NCBI GenBank assembly: GCA_036172245.1
Contig: JAYWIR010000001.1
Coordinates: 10,292,001-10,356,000, forward strand
From: Raillietiella orientalis
Taxonomy: Eukaryota
Reading direction: 5' to 3'
Length of the DNA: 64,000 nt
The first letter of the stretch is position 1, and every line of letters starts with the position of its first letter. The notes under the pieces are model-generated. The model did no database searches. It was not told the DNA's origin and worked only from the letters and a program-made list of their open reading frames with translations. Below, in pieces: positions 47,089 through 59,100 of this stretch. The position numbers were made by a program, and so were the translations under genes.

Positions 47089-49046
47089 GTAAGTAATAGC
47101 CATTGGACTATGATGTTCTTGTTTAAGGTCCCCCCGATAACTGTAATAATGCTAAAAGAAATCTTTATCGCCGCATATAAAGATTGGTGCTGCTAATTCA
47201 TGGAGTAGTCGTATCGCTTAAATGTCGAAAATTCATTTTGAATGATCATGAGAGTCTCTGAGAGTTTTTTTTTTTGTTGTTACTTCTTTTAGAAGCGAAA
47301 GGTATGAAGGCTTAAATGTGGTTGCGCTGTCCCCTAGCATCATCAAAATCACTCGAGTCAAAGCTCACAGCCACTTTTCCTTTCCTTATCAACAAAAAGC
47401 CAATTCGGGGCCCATTCCAGAGCAATGCGTGGGGTAGCATTGGAATTCTCAGTGAAGATCGCCAAAAGTTTGCTACGCTGGTGGAGCAAAGGGACACTGG
47501 AATCGCCATGATGAAAACTGAAGATTTACGAAGACTGAGTCAAATTCGTGGCAATCTTTTATCAATCCGACGGAACGCAAACCTCACATGGACTGCAGAT
47601 CGGAAACATCTGAGGCAATCAGTTCTCGAAATTATCAATGATGGTCAGCATTCAGAATCTGACGAACGAATGAACGAAATCAAAAAGGGTGTGGCTGCAT
47701 GCTCTGTCGGCAGAATCATGCATTCACTAATCACTGCAACTAGCTGTGGATGGCTGACACGCACCAAGGAGACCTTTATGAGACGGATGACAGCGGCACA
47801 GCACAACATGGCGCCTTCTTTTTTACGCAACACTTTGAATGGGCGGCGGAATAATGTAGGATGAAGCATTTCTATCATTCCTTGTGATAGCGACACCTGA
47901 AAGAGCTTCGCCCATCCTTTAATTTCCCTTCTGGATTTTCCGCATTGCAAAGGGTTCATCTAGCTGGTTTTTCACCTTCTTGGATATCTGTAACCTCGGA
48001 TTGAACGTTCTAATCAGGGAAGCATTTCCTGATGGAGATGGGAATGCACTGTTGTTTCTCGTAGAGACAGTACAGTGGCAAACCTACGAGGCTGCGGAAA
48101 AAGAAAATTAGTGTGCAAATTTCGAGGGTCCAACACTTTCTGCAAACTGCACATTCCTTTTTGGTTGAGCTGCTGCCAGCGTTGGTACACACACACACGT
48201 TTGCAGACTGCAGCCGCTTACATTCGATTTATTTGCATTGGCAGTCACCTGTGCTCTTGGTTCAAGCGCAAATGGAATCTGCATGCAGAAGATGTAACGC
48301 GCTCCTCGAAGGTATCGCTCTTTTCCGATTGCATCTCTTCCATTGGATAAACACTCCGAATGGGTGTTTACGAAACCTCCAATACTGATTGCTAAGATTT
48401 TCAACTTCCACATCCATTAGGTCTTTCAATTCCTCTGCATATGCCAAAATAAACGCACACGCTCGTGTGTATCGGAAGACCATGTTAAAAAAATAGGAAA
48501 ACACAGCGTTAGGATGGGGATTTTCTTTGATGAGATATTCACGAAACATTTTCTAAGGGGATGTGTACAAGTGACTTCATGAGGATGGAAACCTGGAACG
48601 ATTCCAATGGCAAAAACACCTCCGTCAAGCGAGGGAACAACAACATACGATGCTCTTTTCAGGTCTTCAGAGCTCCTAAGAGGTGGCAGTTGCGAAACCC
48701 ATTAACCAAGCATGAGAAACGCAGAGGGCATTTAAAAGTCGATTTCTAGTCAGATATCCAGACTCAGTTAGATGTGTGTCAGGGAGCAATGGTTTTGTTA
48801 GAGGAATGTTAATAGAGAAGCGTAGTGGCAAATCAAAAAGCTAATCGTTGTCTGAAGGTCAGTCTGCAATGAGAAAAGCATGCAGCAAGTCTGGGCCTAG
48901 CAGGGAAACCGAGAGCAAGCAAAGAGAGAAGCTGAGAGAAATGCCTCAATTAAGAATTGAATGAAGAACGAAAAGAGTTGCGTGCACGCTCACATTGCCG
49001 CGGGGTGACGCCAGATGAAAGAACTGTTCCAAAATAATCATTATCA

Positions 49047-49470
49047 TTACCCTGAGAAACCTTCAGCTGCATTTTTATGGCATTCCTTGAGAGCGAAATC
49101 CTGCTGATCTTCTAAATAAGCTTTTTTTGTCCATCTAAGAATGGTGAACGAAGAAGGCCTTCGGTTAGACTTCGTGTAGATGACTCCTGCAAAAATCCCA
49201 AGTACCATCACCAAAGGTGCACGTGCCACATAGGTCTTTACGTGCTTCCAGCACATTGAAAGAAATGCCGGCTTTCCGTCTTCCTTTGTGAAATGGGAGT
49301 CCATGCTTTCGTAGAGTGTGGATGTCTCCGATGAGATCACAAGTCTGGGGGTAACAATCATTCCGATCTCTTGCCTCTCAATATATCGCAATCCTCTTGC
49401 AGCCGTTAGCACCGTATCTAGAATGTAAGACTAACTAGAAGTGAGTCGCCGGCAATTCCGCCGACTTTTG
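49047..49470 (-). mobile_element. Possible decayed MULE (Mutator-like) transposase fragment
   Basis: IG..VTPRLVISSETSTLYES..SHF.......LSMCWKHV resembles MULE G.I.P.VFMSD.A.AFYNA...F....LC.WHV (CxxH); the second catalytic Asp is missing. Confidence 0.33.
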
Positions 49471-49885
49471 TGTCGGCATTTCCGTTCCTGAAATCTCCAG
49501 CGCGGCCTCTGTACGTCCTCACTGTTGATCACGTTTACAACCTTTTTTTTTTTTTCTCCGCCCCTTTTTGGATGTTTGGAGAGTCATTTGCACGAGATTT
49601 ATTCAAAGAGCATAGAACTCGAATAATCCAGCATCAGCGTGGCTGAGAGTTGAACTCGGCGTTCGCCGTGGCCGAACCTTCAATGAAGATAAAACTGGCA
49701 CCATTGCTTTCAACTTCACGGGCTCCGAGGGTAATGGACCACATCTTTCCGAGATTGCTTTGCGTCGCTTCACTGGTTTGCCTAGAAGCACTCTATTTGC
49801 TTCCGTGATTTGTAAGAAGCACTGCAAGTGGTTCCACCTACATGCTGCCCTATGAGTGAACGCATGAGGCAGCATGTACGCATCC

Positions 49886-49946
49886 TAGTAACATCTGCAG
49901 GAGTCATAGTGACATCTGCAGGAGTCATGGTAGCATCTCAGAGTCA
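49886..49946. repeat. Minisatellite, 21-nt unit x about 3
   Basis: TAGTAACATCTGCAGGAGTCA / TAGTGACATCTGCAGGAGTCA / TGGTAGCATCTCAGAGTCA. Confidence 0.85.
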
Positions 49947-50125
49947 CTGACCACAAGATGAAATTTATATCGATATTTGCGGGTGTGAAACACTTGGAAG
50001 AATTGCGTTTGGTTCCACCGGTCCAGTTGATGGGACACGCCCATCAACTTCTTCTCTGCTTCTGTGTTCTCCAAGCGAGCTCCCTCATAACTGTCACGCA
50101 AAGTAGCTGCGTTTCAAGAGGGGCA

Positions 50126-50195
50126 GTATCAATTCCTTCCGTAGATGACATCGAATGCGCTGTGGTCTATGCAATGCACTATGAAGGAAAGAAAC
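50126..50195 (+). ncRNA. Candidate intronic pre-miRNA-sized hairpin with miR-932 resemblance
   Basis: TTCCTTCCGTAGATGACATCGAAT pairs imperfectly (about 19 bp by hand) with ATGCAATGCACTATGAAGGAA; the 5' arm begins TCAATTCC. Confidence 0.22.
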
Positions 50196-50229
50196 AAATA
50201 AATAGATGAGAAACCTCCAAAATTTGACC

Positions 50230-51230
50230 TTCCCACGTGGGTCCCTGCGTGTGGGACCAAGGCTGGGCACTGGTTCGACTCCCTCCCGGGGAAAAGGTTG
50301 TCGCCGGGAAATGGGAGTCATGCGTTTCGAGTAACCCCGGCGGGATGATGCTGGTTGGCCTGTAGGCTTCGAGCGGGGCACTGCTGGAAGCGGCATGTCC
50401 CTATTGACTGGCCGGGATTGGGAGTTGACCGTCCGGGGTACTTCCATGAAACAGGAAGCTGGTTCGCTTCGGGGTTACCCTCCTCTTGAGAAGACGGAGC
50501 CGTCCCCTTCTTGGGAGGGACATTCCATCGCGTTCCACGGAGCTGTTTGATACCTCGCCAGAGTGTGGGAATTGCGTGGCTCCCTTCTGGGAGCGCCCCT
50601 CGGAGGAAACTGGAAGCGACAATTCAGAAGAAACTCCTTTGGAATTCCCTTCAGAATAGGGAACAAGGAGAGGCTCCCTTGCGGATTCCGTCCGGAGAAG
50701 AAATTCCAGGAGCGGATCCTTTCCGGGCTTTCTTTCGGAGGAGAAAGGAGAATAAGGAAGGAGAGATTCTCGTCCAGGTTCCCCTTCGGAGACAACCAGG
50801 GAGAGCGTTCCCTCCGGACTCTCCTGCCAAGAGTAAGGGGAACGGACTCCTTCCCCCGGATCCCTTCCGGGATTCATACGGTGGTCCCTCCAATAACTCG
50901 AAGGGTTGCAGACACCCTCTTGTGGTGTGGACGGTGTCCAGGAGCTTTGTGAGCCCATCTGGAAGAGGAGAATGGCCCTTCGGCACTTGGCGAACCAAAA
51001 AAAAACAAAAACAAAAAGAAGCCGGAAGGAAAACAGCGAACACACAAAAACAGGAGGGGGTTTCCCCTCCGGTTATCAAGGAGCGGATCTCCCATTCCGG
51101 GGATCCCCTCCCCAGGCGTGAGAAGAACGGACTCCGAGCACTTCCTGGGCCCATAGGGCGGATCGCTCCCTTGGCACCCCCCTATCTTGAATAATTCACA
51201 CACCCTCAGGTGGAGGCGTGGAACGGTGTC
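50230..51230 (+). repeat. Interspersed GC-rich repeat family, copy 3 (longest, with a duplicated terminal block)
   Basis: Collinear with copies 1 and 2. The block ...AACGGACTCC...CATA.GG.GG...CACCCTC...TGG(A)ACGGTGTC occurs twice (about 50820-50940 and 51105-51230). Confidence 0.88.
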
Positions 51231-52859
51231 AAAGATATGCGTGAACCACCGACAGGGGCGCGACGGTTCCTGAGCTCGACGGAAAAGGAGGATTTCCCAT
51301 CATCCTCACTCACTCAAATGAAGGAGCGATACGCTACCAATTGGATGCATGAGTGCTGTCGGTACCATTGAATTCGATGTCTTAGATAGTCTTCCGCAAG
51401 ATTACCATTTATTGTCACGATTGCCTCTATTACAATCCACAAAGCTGGTCCATACGCTGTGCTGATATTCACTGTCTGCCAAGGTCAAGCCACTTCTCGT
51501 TCATGCTCCGACTCGGTTTGGACGTCATTCTGGAGTCACCTGCCAAAATGGCAAGAAGTAGTAAAAGAACTCTGTTTACGCCGGATGGTGGTGACTGAAC
51601 CAACCGAAAGATCCTCGACTTCACTCCGAGAAGATGAAGTCTTCCGTGACACTGAACTGTATGTTGCAACACATCGGCCCCATTTCCGAGCTCAAAGAGG
51701 CGCTCCTTGGGGACTGAAGCAAGATGCGAGCATATTATACATGCAAGAGGGATATGAGAGATAATCGTCACTTCCGTCGAGGCAGATGAGAACGACTTTA
51801 AAAATAAAAACTCCTCACCGCCAATATGTCGGTTAAATATCTAAAAAATCCTCTATAGAACCAATATACTCGTAAACAATGTGGACGGCACAGTATAGAA
51901 TTCCCCCCTGGAGAATTATTGTGGGCCAGGAATGACCGATTGAACATTTTTAATGTACTTAATATTATGAAGTGACATGAAGCTGACAGTGGTGCAAAAG
52001 AGTGACTGCTAAATACGCCTTGACCTTTAGTGATGTCGACCAAGGCTTCGTGGCGGAATGGCACTCATAACACAAAGGGATCGGAAAAACTGGCTCCAAA
52101 TGTTCTGGTTGCAACCCAGCACGGGATACCACGACTGGTTTCCATGTTTCCGACTCCACAAGTGATTTCAATGCATTTCGATCGAACGATCGGAGTCACG
52201 CGTACTCTTGGCCACTACAAACTGGACTTGTCCAAGGTAATTGGGGTGGAGCAGCGTCGGGCGAGGAATGCAGAATGTGGAACTTTTTTTAAACCTATTT
52301 TCAAAATACGTCTCTGCGGTTGATGATTTGAAAGCACTATAGGGCGAAAAGAATGCCTAGAAGACTTTTCGGACAGAGTCCATATGTTCGAGACGGGGAA
52401 CACCCTCGTGTTTCGGCACGAGTTGCTTAAGGAAGAGAGTGCTCTTGCGAGCTTCTCTTCCCTACTCAAGCCAGAAGCAAGCAAAACAATTGGTAGCAAG
52501 AGCGTGTCTCCCTCCCTGAGGAATGACCCATTGTGACTAGAGGCTCCTTCAGTCGATGGCAGCGAGGGACCAGTCCGAGATGGACAGATTCAGCGATTCA
52601 GAGATACAAAACAAGGATTGCCCGACGCAATCGACGCAGTTGTCGACAAACTGTGCGCTTCTGGTCCACAGTTTCGCAGAAACGTACCACCATCGATGCT
52701 CGCATACTACGCAGTGGCTCACTTTCGGACCGGCCTGCGGCATTGTATGGGCGAGGATTAATTAGGTGCTGTCTTATCAGGGAAGGTCTATTGGTGGCAG
52801 TTCAACCTTTTTCAGAGACACTGTCACATGACTGGAATTATCAGAAAAATAATGGATAT

Positions 52860-53080
52860 CCTTTGGGGATTTTCTGCTTTCGCTGCCTTCCCTCCTGCTT
52901 TATTTTTCGGGTTTTTCTTTTTTTTGGTTCGCCAAGTACTGGAGTACCGTTCGCCTCCTTAAGGAAAGCTCATAAAGCTCTTTAATACTGTCCCGGGGGT
53001 GCGTGCAACTCTTCAAGTTAGGCCACCCTATGAATCCAAGAAGGCTTTGGAAGGAGTGCGTTCCTCTTACGCTTGGTAGG
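52860..53080 (-). repeat. Interspersed GC-rich repeat family, copy 4 (inverted, partial)
   Basis: The reverse complement contains CCAAGCGTAAGAGGAACGCACTCCTTC, GGATTCATAGGGTGG and ACTTGGCGAACCAAAAAAAA, matching 50820-51050. Confidence 0.85.
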
Positions 53081-56000
53081 GAGCCGCGAACCCGCTTCTC
53101 GCCATCACTGTATCCGAACGTCGGTAACGTTAGACGTCGATTCGGACGGTGAATCCATCGATGCGTGGCCTCCATTATCTGTTCGTAGAATGGTAAGGAA
53201 TTCACCTTTTTCTCGAACGGAAGCAGAGCATTTAAGGCGTTTCTTGTCAGCATTTTGCCCGAGGCTGTTCGATTGACTTCTTTTGGCCATCGATGCAAAT
53301 CCTACTTCAATTCTAGAGTGCAGAGCTCCGTTGCCACGAGAATGAAACCATCAGCTTCGTACCTTACAGTTCAATGGGAATTCATGAGACTCTGAGACTG
53401 TAATGGAAGCTGTCGTGCCCCATCCGCGAAGAAGGAAGCATTTTATTATTTCTGCATCCACTGGAGAGCACACATTCGTCATGCATGCTTCCCAAGCGTG
53501 TTTAGTTTCGAAACCACAAGGATGCCCTCAGAAAGTTGGTCACGAAGCCACACACAAATGTTCCTCCGGCGTGAATACCCAGTTCGAAGGATTCCGTCAT
53601 CTGCGAGCGGCGCGCCACACTCGGATGACGCAATCTTCGAATGGTCTGCTTCTGGGGATGCAGTGCAGACGAAACCCAATATCACTCTTTATCCGTCACG
53701 ATTTCAGCAACGTTTCTGATTGGCCATCGATTTCCGCCGGTTGCCTGGGAAGCAAATCTTCTAAGGTGCAAACCTGGTCACTTTCGAATGCCTTGCACCC
53801 TAACTTCCATTTTCTTACATCATCTCTTTCGGACGGGAAAAGCACTCTTCTTGGACTTCAGCACAGACGCGGTTTCAGTAGCGCACGTCCGGGTGAGCGG
53901 TTAGGTGGGCTCCGAAATATTCATCACTTTGGACGCCTTCGAATCTTGGATCCAATCTAGAGTCGGGGGAGGAGAATCAGAAAGAAGCGTAGCTCGCGCT
54001 CACTGAAAGGAGTTTTCTGTCGTTTCTTGGGGATGAAGGCTGCATGGCCTCCCTTCATTCGTTTCGTGCTGTGGAAGGGGAGGGGTTTGCGCACCTCTCG
54101 TTGTGATCAGACCATCATCCGTTCAAAGAAAATTGTGTGCCATGCGGAACAAAGGAGAAGAATGGAAGACGTTAGCAGCATGGGAGAGAGTGGCAAGCTA
54201 CCTTTGGTGGAAGAACACTTTTCCACGTGTAAAGTGGCTATGGCATCGAAGTGGAGTTCCGAAGGATGGCGAAGGGCCGTGAATGCCCTGCCATCGAAAT
54301 GAAAGAGAAGCCAGAAAGATCGAAAAGCTACTGGGAAACTGACCTTCCTACTTTGTGGCCCACCCCCTCCTTGCCGTCCGCAGCTCTGTGTACTCGGCCC
54401 TTCCGCTTCCTGAATTCCTCTTAGGGAAAACATTATAACCCGAGACTGCACAGGTATGGGTTTTCGGGCAGAAGCTGAATGAGGGTCTCACGAGTGCAGA
54501 AAGGCTTTGGGGCTGAGGGTCCTGCGCGAACTGCGGGAAACTGCAGATGAGTGCCCTCCTCAAAGGGAATGAACTGAAGATGACGTGGAAGAATGATTAT
54601 GAGAATTATGCGCGAACCGATCTCCCGAACTGCTCGAAGAGAACGACGAAATCGCCTTGGAAGAAAGCAGAAATCTTGCAGACTAGGCGAAAGGGAAGCA
54701 TGATTGATCTCTTAGAACGTGAGCCGAATCGGTCCGAAGCCAATCAAAGCGTGCATCTCGACGATTCGAGAGAAGATGGGGTTCACTACAGTGCTCTCCA
54801 GTGCCAATCAAAGCGGGCAGAGGAACATCATGATGAAAGACTTGCGGAATCTGTCACAGTGGCTTCGTTTCAGAAAGCTGTTTAAGGAACACCCCTAGTG
54901 AGCAAACGAGTCACAGCCGTTGGTTTTGCGAAGCGGATCAAAACACAAAAGGGATTTCTCAGCAAAGTTCTACTCCTCCTAAATTCCGCTTCCTCGGACA
55001 TCCATAACGAGCCCAGGAGCTTGAACTACCAGCCTGCGTTCTCAGAAGTCTTTACTTGCCCCTCGGAGCAAAGGCCCACAAGTGCAAGAGGCGCAGAAGG
55101 AAGCGAACCTTCTCGAAGTTCTCACCAGGCAATTCGACTCCGGAGGAGCTGGTTTCCCAAAGACCAAAAGTTGTATCCTTGGGTGGTCCATGAGCTACCT
55201 CGACCCATACAAAGAGACTGTTGCCTGTGTTACAGGAATTCCAAAGGCGGTTTCATCAATCCTGTAGCTTTCAAAAAAAAAAAAAACAGAATTTCCTTCG
55301 TACAATTGGAAAATTAAAAGTCAGAAGTCAAAAAATTACTAAAAACGAGCACTTGGAAATTTTTGAAATCGGAAAACGACCACGAGAGAAATGAAGGGCT
55401 TAGAAATACATGAAACTTAAATGAGCGTAACAGTGTTCTGATAAATCGCGTATGATGGATGGCAGTGTCGATTCCAGAGCTCTGGACCACGAAGCGACTG
55501 AAAAAAATCACAAGGAGGAGGTTCTCTGTTTGGAAAATACGTATTTTCTGGCATCCAAGGGACAAACAAACCTGAGGATGTATATCTTCTTGAAGGCACT
55601 GGATCTGATGAGAATGTGGTGAATCCTGGAAAATAAAGAAAGAATTTCGGAAGAACAAAGGATTCCCTCAAAAATATCGCGAATCTGTTTAAGAATGTTC
55701 CCTCCTAAGAAGGTGCACAGCTGCAAAGAGCTCGGTTATTTATCCACAGTATGTACCGGATTTGAACAAATAGCAAAGTTTATCCCGAAGAAGAAATCGC
55801 GCATGCTTACAGCGGAGGATTCAATAGAAGTTTCGTACATAAATCGAAGTGCTTGCATGATGAATCAGAGACTGAAGAGCTCTTCAGAAACTTCTGCGGA
55901 CTCTTTCAAAACGCCTAATGGCTTTCGCTTCACGTTCGAAGTTTCATTTGGACGGCGGTTCGTGCGGAGAACTCTTCGTTTGAGGTGATTCCCCGTGCTG

Positions 56001-58607
56001 GTCCGACGCTTTCTCGTAAGAAGCGACGGCTTTAAGCTTTCCTGTAGTCTTGGAAGAGTTTGAGGACGAAACGTGAGTTCCCAGAAACGCTCGTTTCGAT
56101 TGCCTCGCATCCCGCATGCCACGCATCTCTAGGAGCGCACGCTGCACGTATCACACGGTGCGCACCGTGCAAAGGTGTTGCTGCCGCTGTGGATCTTCTA
56201 CAGCCAAACGCAGGTTTCCGACCGCTTTCTGAGATCGGAAATCGTGAGCGGCTCTGGAGCTTCGGCAATGGATTTCCTCTTGACAGCAGGGGGCTGTTTA
56301 AATGCAAATTAGGGAATTTAGAAGGCGAGTGGAAATGTTTTATCAGTTTTATTATTTGATGCGAAACCGATGGAATTCGAATGGAAGTTTTTTCCGATTC
56401 CAGCGGGAGAGCATTTCAATCTAAACAGATTTCACCTCCGTACCCAAAGAAGGGAGTGCTCCCACCTGCCTGGGCAAAAAGAGCGTCATTCGAATCCTTG
56501 CAAATGAGCTGCATGCACGGTTTGAGGATCGTAGGGAGCCGTTCTCTCCCTAGGCGGTTCGATTGCTCGCGAACGTTCTTCTAACATCCCGAAATTGTTC
56601 TTGCACTTTCTGATCTTGGAGATCCATCAGCTTTTTTCCTGTCTGCCATTGATTTTCAGGGTTTGAGTAATTCTTGTCTTTGACAGCCTTATAATGTTAC
56701 CCTGGGAGACTTGACCATTCAAACCCTTCTTTCTTCCTCAGAACGTCATTAAAGGCTTTTGGTTGCGAACTTCCACAAAGAACACCGTTTAGCTTCTAGA
56801 TGTGTCTACACCAGGAATGATTCCATACACCCTGATCATCATCCTTTCTTTAGCTGCCAGGTCCCCCTGAATTTCTCACGCCAGGGTTGTGTTACGCGTG
56901 CTCCTGACTTTGCGCATTCCATCTCTTCATTAAGAATAACGAGGGTTTTGTTCTTTGCAAATCAACAGATCTTCCGAACTAAGTCCGCGTGCAGGCCAAC
57001 ACGATGGCGCTCCTCGTGCTTCCTTTTTCCTCGTGCTGCTGTGCTCTCGAGGTTGAAACCAAACTGCAACAGGACGCGCAGAAGGCATTACAGAGAGTTT
57101 AAAAAAAAATTCGAAAGTTGGGAATTTCGAGGAAATTCGCTTTCATAGAAGAATTTGCACAGAGATGAACACGCTGGAAGCGGAGAAGGCATAAAGACAA
57201 CAAGCAAACCGAAAACTACAAGCCGGTCATTACTATGGTCATTCGCAGCACGAAAGGATTCCTACGAAGGATCTCTAGTCAACTTCAACTACCGAAGGAC
57301 CTGGTCAACGAGGATCTTCGTGTTCCTGCTCTCATCTTTTAATGAAGCATTCCAACAGTTTTGCGTCTGAAACGACTGCTAAAAAGAGGAAGGATGAAAG
57401 AAGAAGAGCAAACATCAGGAACACTTCCTCGGATGGTTTCCCGCATCTCTGAACTCGAGGTCTGCGACTGCAGAAAGAACGCTCACCTCGAATGAGTTGG
57501 AAAGACTGAGCCTCCAGCGTCTCTTGCAAATGTAGCCTACAATCAGGTTGTGGAACTCGTGCTCTCTTCCAGCAGCTTCAGCCGAGTCTCGACCTCTCTT
57601 CCCTGTTGTTTCTAAGTGAGAACAGGAATGATCTGGAACCGATGGAACACGAATCCTACTAACTCGTTTCTTTATGAATCTGGCAACCCCCACATCAGCA
57701 CTTTCGATTTGCTCAACAGCTGAATTCGAACCGAATGTGGACAGCATGGAGCAGAGGTTCCACCAATTCACTGCTTTGGTGCTTCACTGTTAGCACAGTT
57801 TGATGGAGAACGTTGGCTTGAGATCGTTTCTCTTTGTTTTCGAAAGCTCAAGCGAGTTCTTTTTAGCTCGTGCCATTTAGGAACTCTGCATAACCGAAGG
57901 AAATTTTCATCCAAGTTTGAAAACCAGGGAAATCAAAGAGTTTTTGGAGAACAAGCGCGCATCATGAACCTGTTGCCACCGACAACCCAAGCTGCAATCC
58001 TGCTGCGATCATAAGTGGCACTGATTTCTTGATCCTTGACTTGGACCAACAGATTGCACCTGACCTCCGATCCTGACTCCGTAACTCCTTACCTTGCGCT
58101 CAAGAGAGATGTCCTAGTGATGATTGAAGCCCAGTAGCAATCCTGAGAACTAGATCGAAGCAGGCTGAATGCCCCTAGAAATTCTCATACCACCGATACC
58201 AATGAGGGTAAACCTGCAACAGCAGCTGGAAATGGTTCACGTCTTTCCATTGATCTCATGAGTTTCCCTCAGAACAAGGAAGCGATCGCGTCTGCCCATT
58301 AGCATGATCTACCATTCTCTTTGAGATAGACAGGAGCATCAGTTCTTTCTCCCTTGTGTTTTCGAAAGAGGGCTAGTCTCCCTTATAACTTAATTCCGGT
58401 GGAGTTCGCCAAGGGTCAGTGAAAGATTAAGATCTGTTTAGCTTAGTAAACTTGGATAATGAAACCACGACAACGAAATTTTTCTCAGCAACGTTATAAG
58501 ATATCAAAGGAGTGTAGCGTGTACTACAGGTCGCAAGCAAGGAGCATGCTGAGCCCAGACGACTGGAGGCAAAAAATGTGTCGAGGAAATGAAGAAGAAC
58601 ACATGAA

Positions 58608-58642
58608 CATATGTATACACATATATGTATACATATATATAT
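58608..58642. repeat. Imperfect (AT)n/(RY)n microsatellite
   Basis: CATATGTATACACATATATGTATACATATATATAT. Confidence 0.8.
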
Positions 58643-58759
58643 TTTGCGAGCATCATGAGGGAACTTTGTTGACCGAAGGAACTGTTCTCTGAGCTTACGG
58701 AGGATTCTTCACTGAACGCCTTTCTTAGTTGGCCTTAGTTCTGACGCCACTTGGTTGCT

Positions 58760-59100
58760 TCACATAACAAGACACGTGTTTGACTGACTCAGAAAGACCG
58801 TCCAACATGTTCCAGAATCTAGGAAAAGATTCGCATCCTACACCTGCGCCCGTTGACACTGCTTATGCAAAACTCGTTCTGGACGAAGATAAACGCTAAC
58901 GGTTTTGGATTAATCCCACCAATAGGTCACAATTTTCCATAATGGACGATTTCTTTATTGGTTTCCTATAGCTTTAAGCGAGCTTGCGAGAGAGTGCATA
59001 ATCCACAGTTTTTTAGAATTCGCTTCCAATTGGTTAGTTATCGACTTCCTTCTTAGATGTCACTGATTGCTTCCGACACCTAAAGTTTCGATTTGAAAGC
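58760..59100 (-). mobile_element. Possible decayed CR1/L2-type ORF2 C-terminal fragment
   Basis: KSITNQL/ILKNCGLCTLSQARLKL*ETNK and SFPRFWNML resemble SVT.ML..L...L..RR and SFFPR...WN.LP. Confidence 0.33.

Noticed and set aside
47316-47864. 182-aa plus-strand ORF after exon 4
   Set aside because: No neuroligin or other domain similarity; exon 4 splices in phase directly to exon 5.
50273-50283. Pol III B-box GGTTCGACTCC (tRNA or SINE head)
   Set aside because: No A-box or cloverleaf, and the motif was not seen in the other repeat copies.
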